DNA from: Eledone cirrhosa
Taxonomy: Eukaryota
DNA: 64,000 nucleotides
Assembly (NCBI GenBank): GCA_964016885.1
Contig: OZ024743.1
Span: 134,354,001 to 134,418,000 of the forward strand
Reading direction: 5' to 3'
Below the pieces are notes generated by a model. The model was given only the letters and a program-made list of their open reading frames with translations. It made no database searches and was not told the origin of the DNA. Of this stretch, positions 15,394 to 29,409 are shown one piece after another (position 1 is the stretch's first letter; the number at the start of each line of letters is the position of its first letter). A program made the translations under genes and the position numbers.

Positions 15394-16229
15394 CACTAAA
15401 CACCAAACACCAAGCACCAAGCACCAAACACCAAACACCAAGCACCAAGTACAAAACTCCAAACACCAAACACCAAGCACCAAGCACCAAATCCCAAGCA
15501 CCAAACACCAAGCACCAATCACCAAACACCAAACACCAAGCACCAAGCACCAAACTCCAAAAACCAAGCACCAAACACCAAGCACCAAACACCAAGCACC
15601 AAGCGCCAAAGACCAAACACCAAGCACCAAGCACGAAACACCAAGCACCAAGCACCGAGCACCAAACACCAAACACCAAGCACCAAGCACCAAGCATCAA
15701 GCACCAAGCACCAAACACCAACCACCAAGCACCAAACACCAAGCACCAAGCACCAAACACCAAACACCAAGCACCAAGCACCAAGCATCAAGCACCAAGC
15801 ACCAAACACCAACCACCAAGCACCAAACACCAAACACAAAACAACAAGTACCAAGCACCAAACACCAAACACCAAACACCAAACACCAAGCACCAAGCAC
15901 AAGACACCAAGCACCAAGCACCAAGCACCAAGCACCAAAAACCAAGCACCAAGCTCCAAGCACCAAACACCAAGCACCAAACACCAAACACCAAGCACCA
16001 AGCACCAAACACCAAGCACCAAGCGCCAAACACCAAACACCAAGCACCAAGCACCAAACACCAAGCACCAACCACCAAGCACCAAACACCAAGCACCAAG
16101 CACCAAGCACCAAGCACCAAGCACCAAACACCAAGCACCAAGCACCAAACAGCAAACACCAAGCACCAAACACCAAACACCACGCACCAAGCAACAAACA
16201 CCAAACACCAAGCACCAAACACCAAGCAC

Positions 16230-19200
16230 CAAGCCCCAAGCACGAAACACCAAGCACCAAGCACGAAACACCAAGCACCAAGCACCAAGCACCATGCACC
16301 AAACACCAAGCACCATGCACCAAACAGCAAACACCAAACAGCAAACACCAAACAGTAAACACCAAACAGCAAACACCAAACAGCAAACGCCAAAAAGCAA
16401 ACGCCAAACTCCAAACGCCAAACAGCAAATGCCAAACCCAAACGCCAAACAGCAAACGCCAAGCACAAAACACCAAACACCAAGCGCCAAGCACCAAACA
16501 CCAAACACCAAGCACCAAGCACCAAACACCAAACACCAAGCACCAAGTACCAAACACCAAACACCAAGCACCAAACACCAAACAGCAAACGCAAAAAAGC
16601 AAACGCCAAACCCCATACGCCAAACAGCAAATGCCAAACCCCAAATGCCAAACGGCAAACGCCAAGCACCAAACACCAAACACCAAGCGCCAAGCACCAA
16701 ACACCAAACACCAAGCACCAAGCACCAAACACCAAACACCAAGCACCAATCACCAAACACCAAACACCAAGCGCCAAACACCAAACACCAAACACCTATC
16801 ACCAAGCACCAAGCACCAAACACCAAGCACCAAACACCAAGCACCAAGCACCAAGCACCAAGCACCAAACACCAATCACCAAGCCCCAAGCACCAAACAC
16901 CAAGCACCCAGCACCAAACACCAAACACCAAGCACGAAGCACCCAGAACAAAGCACCAAGCACCAAACACCAAACACCAAGCTCCAAGCACCAAACACCA
17001 AACACCAAGCACCAAGCACTAAACACCAAACACCAAGCACCAAGCACCAAACACCAAACACCAAGCACCAAGCACCGAGCACCAAACACCAAGAACCAAG
17101 CACCAAGCACTAAACACCAAACACCAAGCACCAAGCACCAAACACCAAACACCAAGCACCAAACACCAAACAGCAAACGCCAAAAAGCAAACGCCAAACC
17201 CCATACGCCAAACAGCAAATGCCAAACTCCAAATGCCAAACAGCAAACGCCAGGCACCAAACACCAAACACCAAGCGCCAAGCACCAAACACCAAACACC
17301 AAGCACCAAGCACCAAACACCAAACACCAAGCACCAATCACCAAACACCAAGCACCAAACGCCAAGCACCAAACACCAAACACCTAGCACCAAGCACCAA
17401 GCACCAAACACCAAGCACCAAACACCAATCACCAAGCCCCAAGCACCAAACACCAAGCACCAAGCACCAAACACCAAACACCAAGCACCAAGCACCAAGG
17501 ACCAAGCACCAAACACCAAGCACCAAGCACCGAGCACCAAACACCAAGAACCAAGCACCAAGCACTAAACACCAAACACCAAGCACCAAGCACCAAACAC
17601 CAAACACCAAGCACCAAGTACAAAACTCCAAACACCAAACACCAAGCACCAAGCACCAAATCCCAAGCACCAAACACCAAGCACCAATCACCAAACACCA
17701 AACACCAAGCACCAAGCACCAAACTCCAAAAACCAAGCACCAAACACCAAGCACCAAACACCAAGCACCAAGCGCCAAAGACCAAACACCAAGCACCAAG
17801 CACGAAACACCAAGCACCAAGCACCGAGCACCAAACACCAAGTACCAAGCACCAATCACCAAACACCAAGCACCAAGCACCAAACACCAAACACCAAGCA
17901 CCAAGCACCAAGCATCAAGCACCAAGCACCAAACACCAACCACCAAGCACCAAACACCAAACACAAAACAACAAGTACCAAGCACCAAACACCAAACACC
18001 AAACACCAAACACCAAGCACCAAGCACAAGACACCAAGCACCAAGCACCAAGCACCAAGCACCAAAAACCAAGCACCAAGCTCCAAGCACCAAACACCAA
18101 GCACCAAACACCAAACACCAAGCACCAAGCACCAAACACCAAGCACCAAGCGCCAAACACCAAACACCAAGCACCAAGCACCAAACACCAAGCACCAACC
18201 ACCAAGCACCAAACACCAAACACCAAGCACCAAGCATCAAGCACCAAGCACCAAACTCCAAAAACCAAGCACCAAACACCAAGCACCAAACACCAAGCAC
18301 CAAGCGCCAAAGACCAAACACCAAGCACCAAGCACGAAACACCAAGCACCAAGCACCGAGCACCAAACACCAAACACCAAGCACCAAGCACCAAGCATCA
18401 AGCACCAAGCACCAAACACCAACCACCAAGCACCAAACACCAAGCACCAAGCACCAAACACCAAACACCAAGCACCAAGCACCAAGCATCAAGCACAAAG
18501 CACCAAACACCAACCACCAAGCACCAAACACCAAACACAAAACAACAAGTACCAAGCACCAAACACCAAACACCAAACACCAAACACCAAGCACCAAGCA
18601 CAAGACACCAAGCACCAAGCACCAAGCACCAAGCACCAAAAACCAAGCACCAAGCTCCAAGCACCAAACACCAAGCACCAAACACCAAACACCAAGCACC
18701 AAGCACCAAACACCAAGCACCAAGCGCCAAACACCAAACACCAAGCACCAAGCACCAAACACCAAGCACCAACCACCAAGCACCAAACACCAAGCACCAA
18801 GCACCAAGCACCAAGCACCAAGCACCAAACACCAAGCACCAAGCACCAAACAGCAAACACCAAGCACCAAACACCAAACACCACGCACCAATCAACAAAC
18901 ACCAAGCCCCAAGCACGAAACACCAAGCACCAAGCACGAAACACCAAGCACCAAGCACCAAGCACCATGCACCAAACACCAAGCACCATGCACCAAACAG
19001 CAAACACCAAACAGCAAACACCAAACAGTAAACACCAAACAGCAAACACCAAACAGCAAACGCCAAAAAGCAAACGCCAAACTCCAAACGCCAAACAGCA
19101 AATGCCAAACCCAAACGCCAAACAGCAAACGCCAAGCACAAAACACCAAACACCAAGCGCCAAGCACCAAACACCAAACACCAAGCACCAAGCACCAAAC

Positions 19201-20890
19201 ACCGAACACCAAGCACCAAGTACCAAACACCAAACACCAAGCACCAAACACCAAACAGCAAACACAAAAAAGCAAACGCCAAACCCCATACGCCAAACAG
19301 CAAATGCCAAACCCCAAATGCCAAACGGCAAACGCCAAGCACCAAACACCAAACACCAAGCGCCAAGCACCAAACACCAAACACCAAGCACCAAGCACCA
19401 AACACCAAACACCAAGCACCAATCACCAAACACCAAACACCAAGCGCCAAACACCAAACACCAAACACCTATCACCAAGCACCAAGCACCAAACACCAAG
19501 CACCAAACACCAAGCACCAAGCACCAAGCACCAAGCACCAAACACCAATCACCAAGCCCCAAGCACCAAACACCAAGCACCCAGCACCAAACACCAAACA
19601 CCAAGCACCAAGCACCCAGAACAAAGCACCAAGCACCAAACACCAAACACCAAGCTCCAAGCACCAAACACCAAACACCAAGCACCAAGCACTAAACACC
19701 AAACACCAAGCACCAAGCACCAAACACCAAACACCAAGCACCAAGCACCGAGCACCAAACACCAAGAACCAAGCACCAAGCACTAAACACCAAACACCAA
19801 GCACCAAGCACCAAACACCAAACACCAAGCACCAAACACCAAACAGCAAACGCCAAAAAGCAAACGCCAAACCCCATACGCCAAACAGCAAATGCCAAAC
19901 TCCAAACGCCAAACAGCAAACGCCAGGCACCAAACACCAAACACCAAGCGCCAAGCACCAAACACCAAACACCAAGCACCAAGCACCAAACACCAAACAC
20001 CAAGCACCAATCACCAAACACCAAGCACCAAGCGCCAAGCACCAAACACCAAACACCTAGCACCAAGCACCAAGCACCAAACACCAAGCACCAAACACCA
20101 ATCACCAAGCCCCAAGCACCAAACACCAAGCACCAAGCACCAAACACCAAACACCAAGCACCAAGCACCAAGGACCAAGCACCAAACACCAAGCACCAAG
20201 CACCGAGCACCAAACACCAAGAACCAAGCACCAAGCACTAAACACCAAACACCAAGCACCAAGCACCAAACACCAAACACCAAGCACCAAGTACAAAACT
20301 CCAAACACCAAACACCAAGCACCAAGCACCAAATCCCAAGCACCAAACACCAAGCACCAATCACCAAACACCAAACACCAAGCACCAAGCACCAAACTCC
20401 AAAAACCAAGCACCAAACACCAAGCACCAAACACCAAGCACCAAGCGCCAAAGACCAAACACCAAGCACCAAGCACGAAACACCAAGCACCAAGCACCGA
20501 GCACCAAACACCAAGTACCAAGCACCAATCACCAAACACCAAGCACCAAGCACCAAACACCAAACACCAAGCACCAAGCACCAAGCATCAAGCACCAAGC
20601 ACCAAACACCAACCACCAAGCACCAAACACCAAACACAAAACAACAAGTACCAAGCACCAAACACCAAACACCAAACACCAAACACCAAGCACCAAGCAC
20701 AAGACACCAAGCACCAAGCACCAAGCACCAAGCACCAAAAACCAAGCACCAAGCTCCAAGCACCAAACACCAAGCACCAAACACCAAACACCAAGCACCA
20801 AGCACCAAACACCAAGCACCAAGCGCCAAACACCAAACACCAAGCACCAAGCACCAAACACCAAGCACCAACCACCAAGCACCAAACACC
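16230..20890. repeat. Direct repeat of ~2.0 kb at offset 2673 bp (~16230-18215 vs ~18903-20888)
   Basis: ORF pairs 16294..17022/18967..19695, 17019/19692, 17219/19892 and 17429/20102. Shared double CACCATG and CAGTAAA markers. Confidence 0.88.
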
Positions 20891-23800
20891 AAGCACCAAG
20901 CACCAAGCACCAAGCACCAAGCACCAAACACCAAGCACCAAGCACCAAACAGCAAACACCAAGCACCAAACACCAAACACCACGCACCAAGCAACAAACA
21001 CCAAACACCAAGCACCAAACACCAGCACCAAGCCCCAAGCACGAAACACCAAGCACCAAGCACGAAACACCAAGCACCAAGCACCAAGCACCATGCACCA
21101 AACACCAAGCACCAAGCACCAAACAGCAAACACCAAACAGCAAACACCAAACAGCAAACACCAAACAGCAAACACCAAACAGCAAACGCCAAAAAGCAAA
21201 CGCCAAACTCCAAACGCCAAACAGCAAATGCCAAACCCAAATGCCAAACAGCAAACGCCAAGCACCAAACACCAAACACCAAGCGCCAAGCACCAAACAC
21301 CAAACACCAAGCACCAAGCACCAAACACCAAACACCAAGCACCAAGTACCAAACACCAAACACCAAGCACCAAACACCAAACAGCAAACGCAAAAAAGCA
21401 AACGCCAAACCCCATACGCCAAACAGCAAATGCCAAACCCCAAATGCCAAACGGCAAACGCCAAGCACCAAATACCAAACACCAAGCGCCAAGCACCAAA
21501 CACCAAACACCAAGCACCAAGCACCAAACACCAAACACCAAGCACCAATCACCAAACACCAAACACCAAGCGCCAAACACCAAACACCAAACACCTATCA
21601 CCAAGCACCAAGCACCAAACACCAAGCACCAAACACCAAGCACCAAGCACCAAGCACCAAGCACCAAACACCAATCACCAAGCCCCAAGCACCAAACACC
21701 AAGCACCCAGCACCAAACACCAAACACCAAGCACCAAGCACCCAGAACAAAGCACCAAGCACCAAACACCAAACACCAAGCTCCAAGCACCAAACACCAA
21801 ACACCAAGCACCAAGCACCAAGCACCAAACACCAAACACCAAGCACCAATCACCAAACACCAAGCACCAAGCGCCAAACACCAAACACCAAACACCTAGC
21901 ACCAAGCACCAAGCACCGAACACCAAGCACCAAGCACCAAGCACCAAGCACCAAGCACCAAACACCAATCACCAAGCCCAAGCACCAAACACCAAGCACC
22001 AAGCACCAAACACCAAACACCAAGCACCAAGCACCAAGCACCAAGCACCAAACACCATACACCAAACAGCAAACGCCAAAAAGCAAACGTCAAACCCCAT
22101 ACGCCAAACAGCAAATGCCAAACCCCAAACGCCAAACAGCAAACGCCAAGCACCAAACACCAAACACCAAGCGCCAAGCACCAAACACCAAACACCAAGC
22201 ACCAAGCACCAAACACCAAACACCAAGCACCAATCACCAAACACCAAGCACCAAGCGCCAAGCACCAAACACCAAACACCTAGCACCAAGCACCAAGCAC
22301 CAAACACCAAGCACCAAACACCAATCACCAAGCCCCAAGCACCAAACACCAAGCACCAAGCACCAAACACCAAACACCAAGCACCAAGCACCCAGAACCA
22401 AGCACCAAGCACCAAACACCAAGCACCAAGTACCGAGCACCAAACACCAAGAACCAAGCACCAAGCACTAAACACCAAACACCAAGCACCAAGCACCAAA
22501 CACCAAACACCAAGCACCAAGTACCAAACTCCAAACACCAAACACCAAGCACCAAGCACCAAATCCCAAGCACCAAACACCAAGCACCAAACACCAAACA
22601 CCAAGCACCAAGCACCAAACTCCAAAAACCAAGCACCAAGCACCAAGCACCAAACACCAAACGCCAAACACCAAACACCAAGTACCAAGCACCAAACACC
22701 AAGCACCAAGCGCCAAAGACCAAACACCAAGCACCAAGCACGAAACACCAAGCACCAAGCACCGAGCACCAAACACCAAGTACCAAGCACCAATCACCAA
22801 ACACCAAGCACCAAGCACCAAACACCAAACACCAAGCACCAAGCACCAAACACCAAACACCAAGCACCAAGCCCCAAGCACCAAACAGCAAGCACCAAGC
22901 ACCAAACACCAAACACCAAGCACCAAGCACTAAACACCAAACACCAAGCACCAAGCACCAAGCACCAAGCACCAAGCACCAAACACCAAGCACCAAGCAC
23001 CAAGCACCAAGCACCAAGCACCAAACACCAAGCACCAAGCACCAAACAGCAAACACCAAGCACCAAACACCAAACACCAAGCACCAAGCACCAAGCCCCA
23101 AGCACCAAACACCAAGCACCAAGCACCAAACACCAAGCACGAAGCACCAAGCACCATGCACCAAACACCAAGCACCAAGCACCAAACAGCAAACACCAAA
23201 CAGCAAACACCAAGCACCAAACACCAACCAGCAAACACCAAACACCAAACACCAAACAGCAAACACCAAACAGCAAACACCAAACAGCAAACACCAAACA
23301 CCAAACACCAAACAGCAAATGCCAAAAAGCAAACGCCAAACCCCAAACGCCAAACAGCAAACGCCAAGCGCCAAACACCAAACACCAAGCGCCAAGTACC
23401 AAACACCAAACACCAAACACCAAGCACCAAGCACCAAACACCAAACACCAAGCACCAAGTACCAAACACCAAACACCAAGCACCAAACACCAAACAGCAA
23501 ACACCAAAAAGCAAATGCCAAACCCCATACGCCAAACAGCAAATGCCAAACCCCAAACGCCATACAGCAAACGCCAAGCACCGAACACCAAACACCAAGC
23601 GCCAAGCACCAAACACCAAACACCAAGCACCAAGCACCAAACACCAAACACCAAGCACCAATCACCAAACACCAAGCACCAAGCGCCAAGCACCAAACAC
23701 CAAACACCTAGCACCAAGCACCAAGCACCAAACACCAAGTACCAAACACCAATCACCAAGCCCCAAGCACCAAACACCAAGCACCAAGCACCAAACACCA

Positions 23801-25084
23801 AACACCAAGCACCAAGCACCCAGAACCAAGCACCAAGCACCAAACACCAAGCACCAAGCACCGAGCACCAAACACCAAGAACCAAGCACCAAGCACTAAA
23901 CACCAAACACCAAGCACCAAGCACCAAACACCAAACACCAAGCACCAAACACCAAACAGCAAACGCCAAAAAGCAAACGCCAAACCCCATACGCCAAACA
24001 GCAAATGCCAAACCCCAAACGCCAAACAGCAAACGCCAGGCACCAAACACCAAACACCAAGCGCCAAGCACCAAACACCAAACACCAAGCACCAAGCACC
24101 AAACACCAAACACCAAGCACCAATCACCAAACACCAAGCACCAAGCGCCAAGCACCAAACACCAAACACCTAGCACCAAGCACCAAGCACCAAACACCAA
24201 GCACCAAACACCAATCACCAAGCCCCAAGCACCAAACACCAAGCACCAAGCACCAAACACCAAACACCAAGCACCAAGCACCAAGGACCAAGCACCAAAC
24301 ACCAAGCACCAAGCACCGAGCACCAAACACCAAGAACCAAGCACCAAGCACTAAACACCAAACACCAAGCACCAAGCACCAAACACCAAACACCAAGCAC
24401 CAAGTACCAAACTCCAAACACCAAACACCAAGCACCAAGCACCAAATCCCAAGCACCAAACACCAAGCACCAATCACCAAACACCAAACACCAAGCACCA
24501 AGCACCAAACTCCAAAAACCAAGCACCAAGCACCAAGCACCAAACACCAAACGCCAAACACCAAACACCAAGTACCAAGCACCAAACACCAAGCACCAAG
24601 CGCCAAAGACCAAACACCAAGCACCAAGCACGAAACACCAAGCACCAAGCACCGAGCACCAAACACCAAGTACCAAGCACCAAACACCAAACACCAAGCA
24701 CCAAGCACCAAACACCAAACACCAAGCACCAAGTACCAAACACCAAACACCAAACACCGAACACCAAACAGCAAACGCCAAAAAGCAAACGCCAAACTCC
24801 AAACGCCAAACAACAAACGCCAAGGACCAAACACCAAACACCAAGCGCCAAGCACCAAACACCAAACACCAAGCACCAAGCACCAAACACCAAACACCAA
24901 GGACCAATCACCAAACACCAAGCACCAAACACCAAGCACCAAACACCAAGCACCAAGCACCAAGCGCCAAACACCAAACACCAAACACCTAGCACCAAGC
25001 ACCAAGCACCAAACACCAAGCACCAAACACCAAGCACCAAGCACCAAGCACCAAGCACCCAGCACCATACACCAAACACCAAGC

Positions 25085-26450
25085 ACCAAGCACCCAGAAC
25101 AAAGCACCAAGCACCAAACACCAAACACCAAGCTCCAATCACCAAACACCAAACACCAAGCACCAAGCACCAAGCACCAAGCACCAAACACCAAACACCA
25201 AGCACCAAGCACCAAACACCAAACACCAAGCACCAATCACCAAACACCAAGCACCAAGCGCCAAACACCAAACACCAAACACCTAGCACCAAGCACCAAG
25301 CACCGAACACCAAGCACCAAACACCAAGCACCAAGCACCAAGCACCAAGCACCAAGCACCAAACACCAATCACCAAGCCCCAAGCACCAAACACCAAGCA
25401 CCAAGCACCAAACACCAAACACCAAGCACCAAGCACCCAGAACCAAGCACCAAGCACCAAACACCAAACACCAAGCACCAAGCACCAAACCCCAAACACC
25501 AAGCACCAAGCACCAAGCACCAAGCACCAAACACCATACACCAAGCACCAAGCACCAAACACCAAAAACCAATCACCAAGCACCAAAGAGCAACACCAAG
25601 CCCCAAGCAACAAACACCAAACACCAAACACCAAAAAGCAAACACTAAACACCAAACACCAAATAGCAAACACCAAACACCAAATAGCAAACACCAAACA
25701 CCAACCAGGAAACACCAAACAGCAAACACCAAACAGCAAACGCCAAACAGCAAACACAAACACCAAACACCAAACACCAAGCACCAAGCACCAAGCACAA
25801 AACCCCAAGCACCAAGCGCCAAGCACCCAGAACAAAGCACCAAGCACCAAACACCAAACACCAAGCTCCAATCACCAAACACCAAACACCAAGCACCAAG
25901 CACCAAGCACCAAGCACCAAACACCAAACACCAAGCACCAAGCACCAAACACCAAACACCAAGCACCAATCACCAAACACCAAGCACCAAGCGCCAAACA
26001 CCAAACACCAAACACCTAGCACCAAGCACCAAGCACCGAACACCAAGCACCAAACACCAAGCACCAAGCACCAAGCACCAAGCACCAAGCACCAAACACC
26101 AATCACCAAGCCCCAAGCACCAAACACCAAGCACCAAGCACCAAACACCAAACACCAAGCACCAAGCACCCAGAACCAAGCACCAAGCACCAAACACCAA
26201 ACACCAAGCACCAAGCACCAAACCCCAAACACCAAGCACCAAGCACCAAGCACCAAGCACCAAACACCATACACCAAGCACCAAGCACCAAACACCAAAA
26301 ACCAATCACCAAGCACCAAAGAGCAAACACCAAGCCCCAAGCAACAAACACCAAACACCAAACACCAAAAAGCAAACACTAAACACCAAACACCAAATAG
26401 CAAACACCAAACACCAAATAGCAAACACCAAACACCAACCAGGAAACACC
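25085..26450. repeat. Tandem duplication at offset 733 bp at the domain A/B transition
   Basis: Identical 111-aa ORFs 25237..25572 and 25970..26305. Shared CTCCAAT, CCCCAAA, CAACAAA and double TAGCAAA markers. Confidence 0.85.
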
Positions 26451-29409
26451 AAACACCAAACACCAAACACCAAACAGCAAACACCAATCACCAAAAACCA
26501 GACACCAAACACCAAGCAACAAGCACCAATCACCAAGCACCAAGCACTAAACACCAAACACCTAGCACCAAGCACCAAGCACCAAACACCAAGCACCAAG
26601 CACCAAGCACCAAACACCAAGCACCAAAGACCAAGCCCCAAATACCAAGCACCAAGCACCAAACACTAATCACCAGGGACCAAGCACCAAACACCAAGAA
26701 CCAAGCACCAAGCACTAAACACCAAACACCAAGCACCAAGCACCAAACACCAAACACCAAGCACCAAGTACCAAACTCCAAACACCAAACACCAAGCACC
26801 AAGCACCAAATCCCAAGCACCAAACACCAAGCACCAATCACCAAACACCAAACACCAAGCACCAAGCACCAAACACCAAAAACCAAGCACCAAGCACCAA
26901 GCACCAAACAGCAAACGCCAAACACCGAACACCAAGTACCAAGCACCAAACACCAAGCACCAAGCGCCAAAGACCAAACACCAAGCACCAAGCACGAAAC
27001 ACCAAGCACCAAGCACCGAGCACCAAACACCAAGTACCAAGCACCAATCACCAAACACCAAGCACCAAACACCAAACACCAAACAGCAAGCACCAAGCAC
27101 CAAACACCAAACACCAAGCACCAAGCACCACACACCAACTACCAAGCACCAAGCACTAAACACCAAACACCAAGCACCAAGCACCAAGCATCAAGCACCA
27201 AGCACCAAACACCAAGCACCAAGCACCAAGCACCAAACATAAAACAACAAGTACCAAGCACCAAACACCAAACACCAAACACCAAACACCAAGCACAAAG
27301 CACCAAACACCAAACACCAAGCACCAAGCACCAGACACCAAGCACCAAGCACCAAGCACCAAGCACCAAAAACCAAGCACCAAGCACCAAGGACCAAACA
27401 CCAAGCACCAAACACCAAACACCAAGCACCAAGCACCAAACACCAAACACCAAGCACCAAACACCAAACACCAAGCACCAATCACCAAACACCAAGCCCC
27501 AAGCGCCAAACACCAAACACCAAACACCTAGCACCAAGCACCAAGCACCGAACACCAAGCACCAAACACCAAGCACCAAGCACCAAGCACCAAGCACCAA
27601 GCACCAAGCACCAAACACCAATCACCAAGCCCGAAGCACCAAACACGAAGCACCAAGCACCAAACACCAAACACCAAGCACCATGCACCCAGAACCAAGC
27701 ACCAAGCACCAAACACCAAGCACCAAGCACCAAACACCAAACACCAAGCACCAAGCACCAAGCACCAAACACCATACACCAAGCACCAAGCACCACACAC
27801 CAAAAACCAATCACCAAGCACCAAAGAGCAAACACCAAGCCCCAAGCACCAAACACCAAACACCAAACACCAAACAGCAAACACTAAACACCAAACACCA
27901 AACAGCAAACACGAAACACCAAATAGCAAACACCAAACACCAACCAGGTAACACCAAACAGCAAACACCAAACAGCAAACACCAAGCACCAAGCACCACA
28001 CACCAAAAACCAATCACCAAGCACCAAAGAGCAAACACCAAGCCCCAAGCACCAAACACCAAACACCAAACACCAAACAGCAAACACGAAACAGCAAACA
28101 CCAAACAGCAAACACCAAACAGCAAACACCAAACAGCAAGCACCAAACACCAAACACCAAACACCAAGCACCAAGCACCAAACACCAAGCACCAAGCAAC
28201 AAGCACCAATCACCAAGCACCAAGCACTAAACACCAAACACCTAGCACCAAGCACCAAGCACCAAACACCAAGCACCAAGCACCAAGCACCAAACACCAA
28301 GCACCAAAGACCAAGCCCCAAATACCAAGCACCAAGCACCAAACACCAGTCACCAGGCACCAAGCACCAAACACCAACAACCAAGCACCAAGCACTAAAC
28401 ACCAAACACCAAGCACCAAGCACCGAACACCAAACACCAAGCACCAAGTACCAAACTCCAAACACCAAACACCAAGCACGAAGCACCAAATCCCAAGCAC
28501 CAAACACCAAGCACCAATCAACAAACACCAAACACCAAGCACCAAGCACCAAACACCAAAAACCAAGCACCAAGCACCAAGCACCAAACACCAAACACCG
28601 AACACCAAGTACCAAGCACCAAACACCAAGCACCAGGCGCCAAAGACCAAACACCAAGCACCAAGCACGAAACACCAAGCACCAAGCACCGAGCACCAAA
28701 CACCTAGTACCAGGCACCAATCAACAAACACCAAGCACCAAGCACCAAATACCAGACAGCAAGCACCAAGCACCAAACACCAAACACCAAGCACCAAGCA
28801 CCAAACACCAAGCACCAAGCGCCAAACACCAAACACCAAGCACCAAGCACCAAACACCAAGCACCAACCACCAAGCACCAAACACCAAGCACCAAGCACC
28901 AAACACCAAGCACCAATCACCAAACAGCAAACACCAAGCACCAAACACCAAACACCAAGCACCAAGCACCAAACACCAAGCACCAAGCACCAAACACCAA
29001 GCACCAAGCACCAAACACCAAAAACCAATCACCAAGCACCAAAGAGCAAACACCAAGCCCCGAGCACCAAACACCAAACACCAAACACCAAATAGCAAAC
29101 ACTAAACACCAAACACCAAACAGCAAACACAAAACACCAAATAGCAAATACCAAACAGCAAACACCAAACACCAAACAGCAAACACCAAGCACCAACCAG
29201 GAAACACCAAACACCAAGCACCAAACACCAAGCACCAAGCCCCAAGCACCAAACACCAAGCACCAAGCACCAAATACCAAGCACCAAGCACCATGCACCA
29301 AACACCTAGCACCAAGCACCAAACAGCAAACACCAAACAGCAAACACCAAACACCAACCAGCGAACACCAAGCACCAAACACCAAACACCAAGCACCAAG
29401 CACCAAACA

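Larger units (their letters stand above)
1..24850. repeat. Satellite domain A: rich in the CGCCAAA cassette, built from ~462-bp and ~203-bp modules
   Basis: High density of the 84-bp cassette. Cassette spacing is 462 bp (816->1278, 4077->4539, 5841->6303) or 202-203 bp (1278->1481, 2538->2740). The GAGCAAA, CAGGAAA and TAGCAAA markers were not seen here. Confidence 0.85.

Noticed and set aside
816-24850. CRISPR-like array (recurring 84-bp cassette separated by linkers)
   Set aside because: The linkers are the same heptamer repeat rather than unique spacers. Lengths do not fit, there is no palindrome, and no cas genes or leader are present.
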